This document shows, piece after piece, positions 62,842 through 64,000 of a stretch of DNA of 64,000 nucleotides (position 1 is the stretch's first letter; every line of letters begins with the position of its first letter). The stretch comes from Dehalococcoidia bacterium (GTDB lineage Bacteria > Chloroflexota > Dehalococcoidia > DSTF01 > JACRBR01). The translations under genes and the position numbers were made by a program. The stretch spans positions 1-64,000 of the forward strand of contig JBGQBE010000004.1 of assembly GCA_041494685.1 (NCBI GenBank), in the 5' to 3' direction. Under the pieces are notes generated by a model. It had not been told where the DNA came from, did not search any database, and saw only the letters and a program-made list of their open reading frames with translations.

Positions 62842-62869
62842 AGAAGGCGGGCCTGTGTGCCCGCCTTCT
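62842..62869. terminator. Hairpin after tRNA-Lys
   Basis: AGAAGGCGGGC-CTGTGT-GCCCGCCTTCT. Confidence 0.6.
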
Positions 62870-62882
62870 ACATTCGGTTTCG

Positions 62883-62958
<76 letters not shown>

Positions 62959-63167
62959 GTATGCTCACCGCGCGGGGAACCGCGCCCCGCATTCTAGCAC
63001 GAGCCGCCCCCACGACAAGATCACCTCGGCGCGGCCCCGCCGGGGGCTCGCGCGTTACCAGCATTCGGCACTGTCGTGACGCCGTCCGCGTGCGCACAGT
63101 AGACAGGAGGACGAGACGGCATTCACTGTTCGTCCCGCGTGCGCCAGGGGACTGCGCCGGAGGTCCG

Positions 63168-63524
63168 TTGAAGTCTGAAACGCCGTCTCGATCCGCACCT
63201 CGCGCGACGTTCTTAGCCCTGCCACGCACGGCAATGGGCTGGTGCTCCGCGGCCCTCGCCGCGCCGGCCATCGCATGGGTCATCTTCGGCCAGCGCCTGC
63301 AGTCCGCGATCAGGGATGACGTATGCCCGGGCCGATTCTGCACCGGCGGGCGCGAATACGTCGCCGTGGCGCTGCTGCTCGGCGCACCCGCCTGCGCGAC
63401 CGGCCTGGTCGCGCTCACCAGGCGGCGCGAGCGGTCCTTCCTCATCGTGCTCACGGTGGCGCCAGCAGTGCTCTTTACGGCGTTCTGGCTGTTCTTCGCA
63501 ATCGGCGAATTGCTGGCCGGCTGA
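63168..63524 (+). CDS. Small hypothetical membrane protein (3 TMs)
   Basis: GGAGG plus TTG; hydrophobic segments; RERS...L motif. Confidence 0.55.
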   Translation: MKSETPSRSAPRATFLALPRTAMGWCSAALAAPAIAWVIFGQRLQSAIRDDVCPGRFCTGGREYVAVALLLGAPACATGLVALTRRRERSFLIVLTVAPAVLFTAFWLFFAIGELLAG

Positions 63525-63672
63525 GTTGCCGTGTCCTCATCGCCGCCAGGCATCCGCGCCGACGCTACCCCGGCGACTCCAGGGCGCGCGTCTGCGCGAT
63601 CAGCTGCTTCTCGAAGATCGCCGGCGCGCCACCCATCCCCACCGTTGACGGCGCGAGCCGCCGCCACCCGCA

Positions 63673-63701
63673 TTGACTAGCCCGCCCAGCGCCGCTACGA
63701 T
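63673..63701 (+). promoter_or_regulatory. tRNA promoter TTGACT-N17-TACGAT
   Basis: Consensus spacing; the -10 ends 14 nt before tRNA-Val. Confidence 0.7.
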
Positions 63702-63715
63702 GCGAAGCACCTCAC

Positions 63716-63792
<77 letters not shown>

Positions 63793-63803
63793 TCACACAC
63801 CCA

Positions 63804-63825
63804 GGCGGCCGCAATGGCCGCCTTT
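63804..63825 (+). terminator. Intrinsic terminator after tRNA-Val
   Basis: GGCGGCC-GCAAT-GGCCGCC-TTT. Confidence 0.7.
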
Positions 63826-64000
63826 CCGATCCCCATCACCCACCCCACACCTCACAACCCCCAGGCTCCAATCTCCAATCTCCACCCCGGTTGAGCCGTA
63901 CGTGAAAACTGTTACAATCGACGCCAAGACGCCAGCGACCAGCAACCAGCGACCAGCGACCAAGCGACCGGCAAGCAGCCAGGCGACCAAAATGTACGGC

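Overview
High-GC chromosomal segment, most likely from a Chloroflexota (Dehalococcoidia-like) bacterium, judged from the 16S 5' fragment and the gene content. The backbone is housekeeping: 16S rRNA start, tilS, metH, recA-recX, rny-ymdB, scpB, rimO, ribF, fabD-fabF, argF-cdaA-cdaR-der, icd, oppD/F and three tRNAs. Three small accessory islets carry no integrase. Each is bounded by a diverged direct duplication of a host gene end: the CADD 5' end, a HAD 3' end and the tRNA-Lys 3' end. Other notable items are an unannotated 43-aa zinc-ribbon microprotein whose promoter shares a near-identical LexA-type box with recA, a 6S/Ms1-like structured RNA just upstream of the rRNA promoter, a shared APNAGxGP-TM-basic sorting tail on two unrelated secreted proteins, two paralogous Ig-repeat surface proteins, two paralogs of an unknown family, two probable CTG-initiated genes and several apparently leaderless genes. 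All calls are by eye; no database searches were run.
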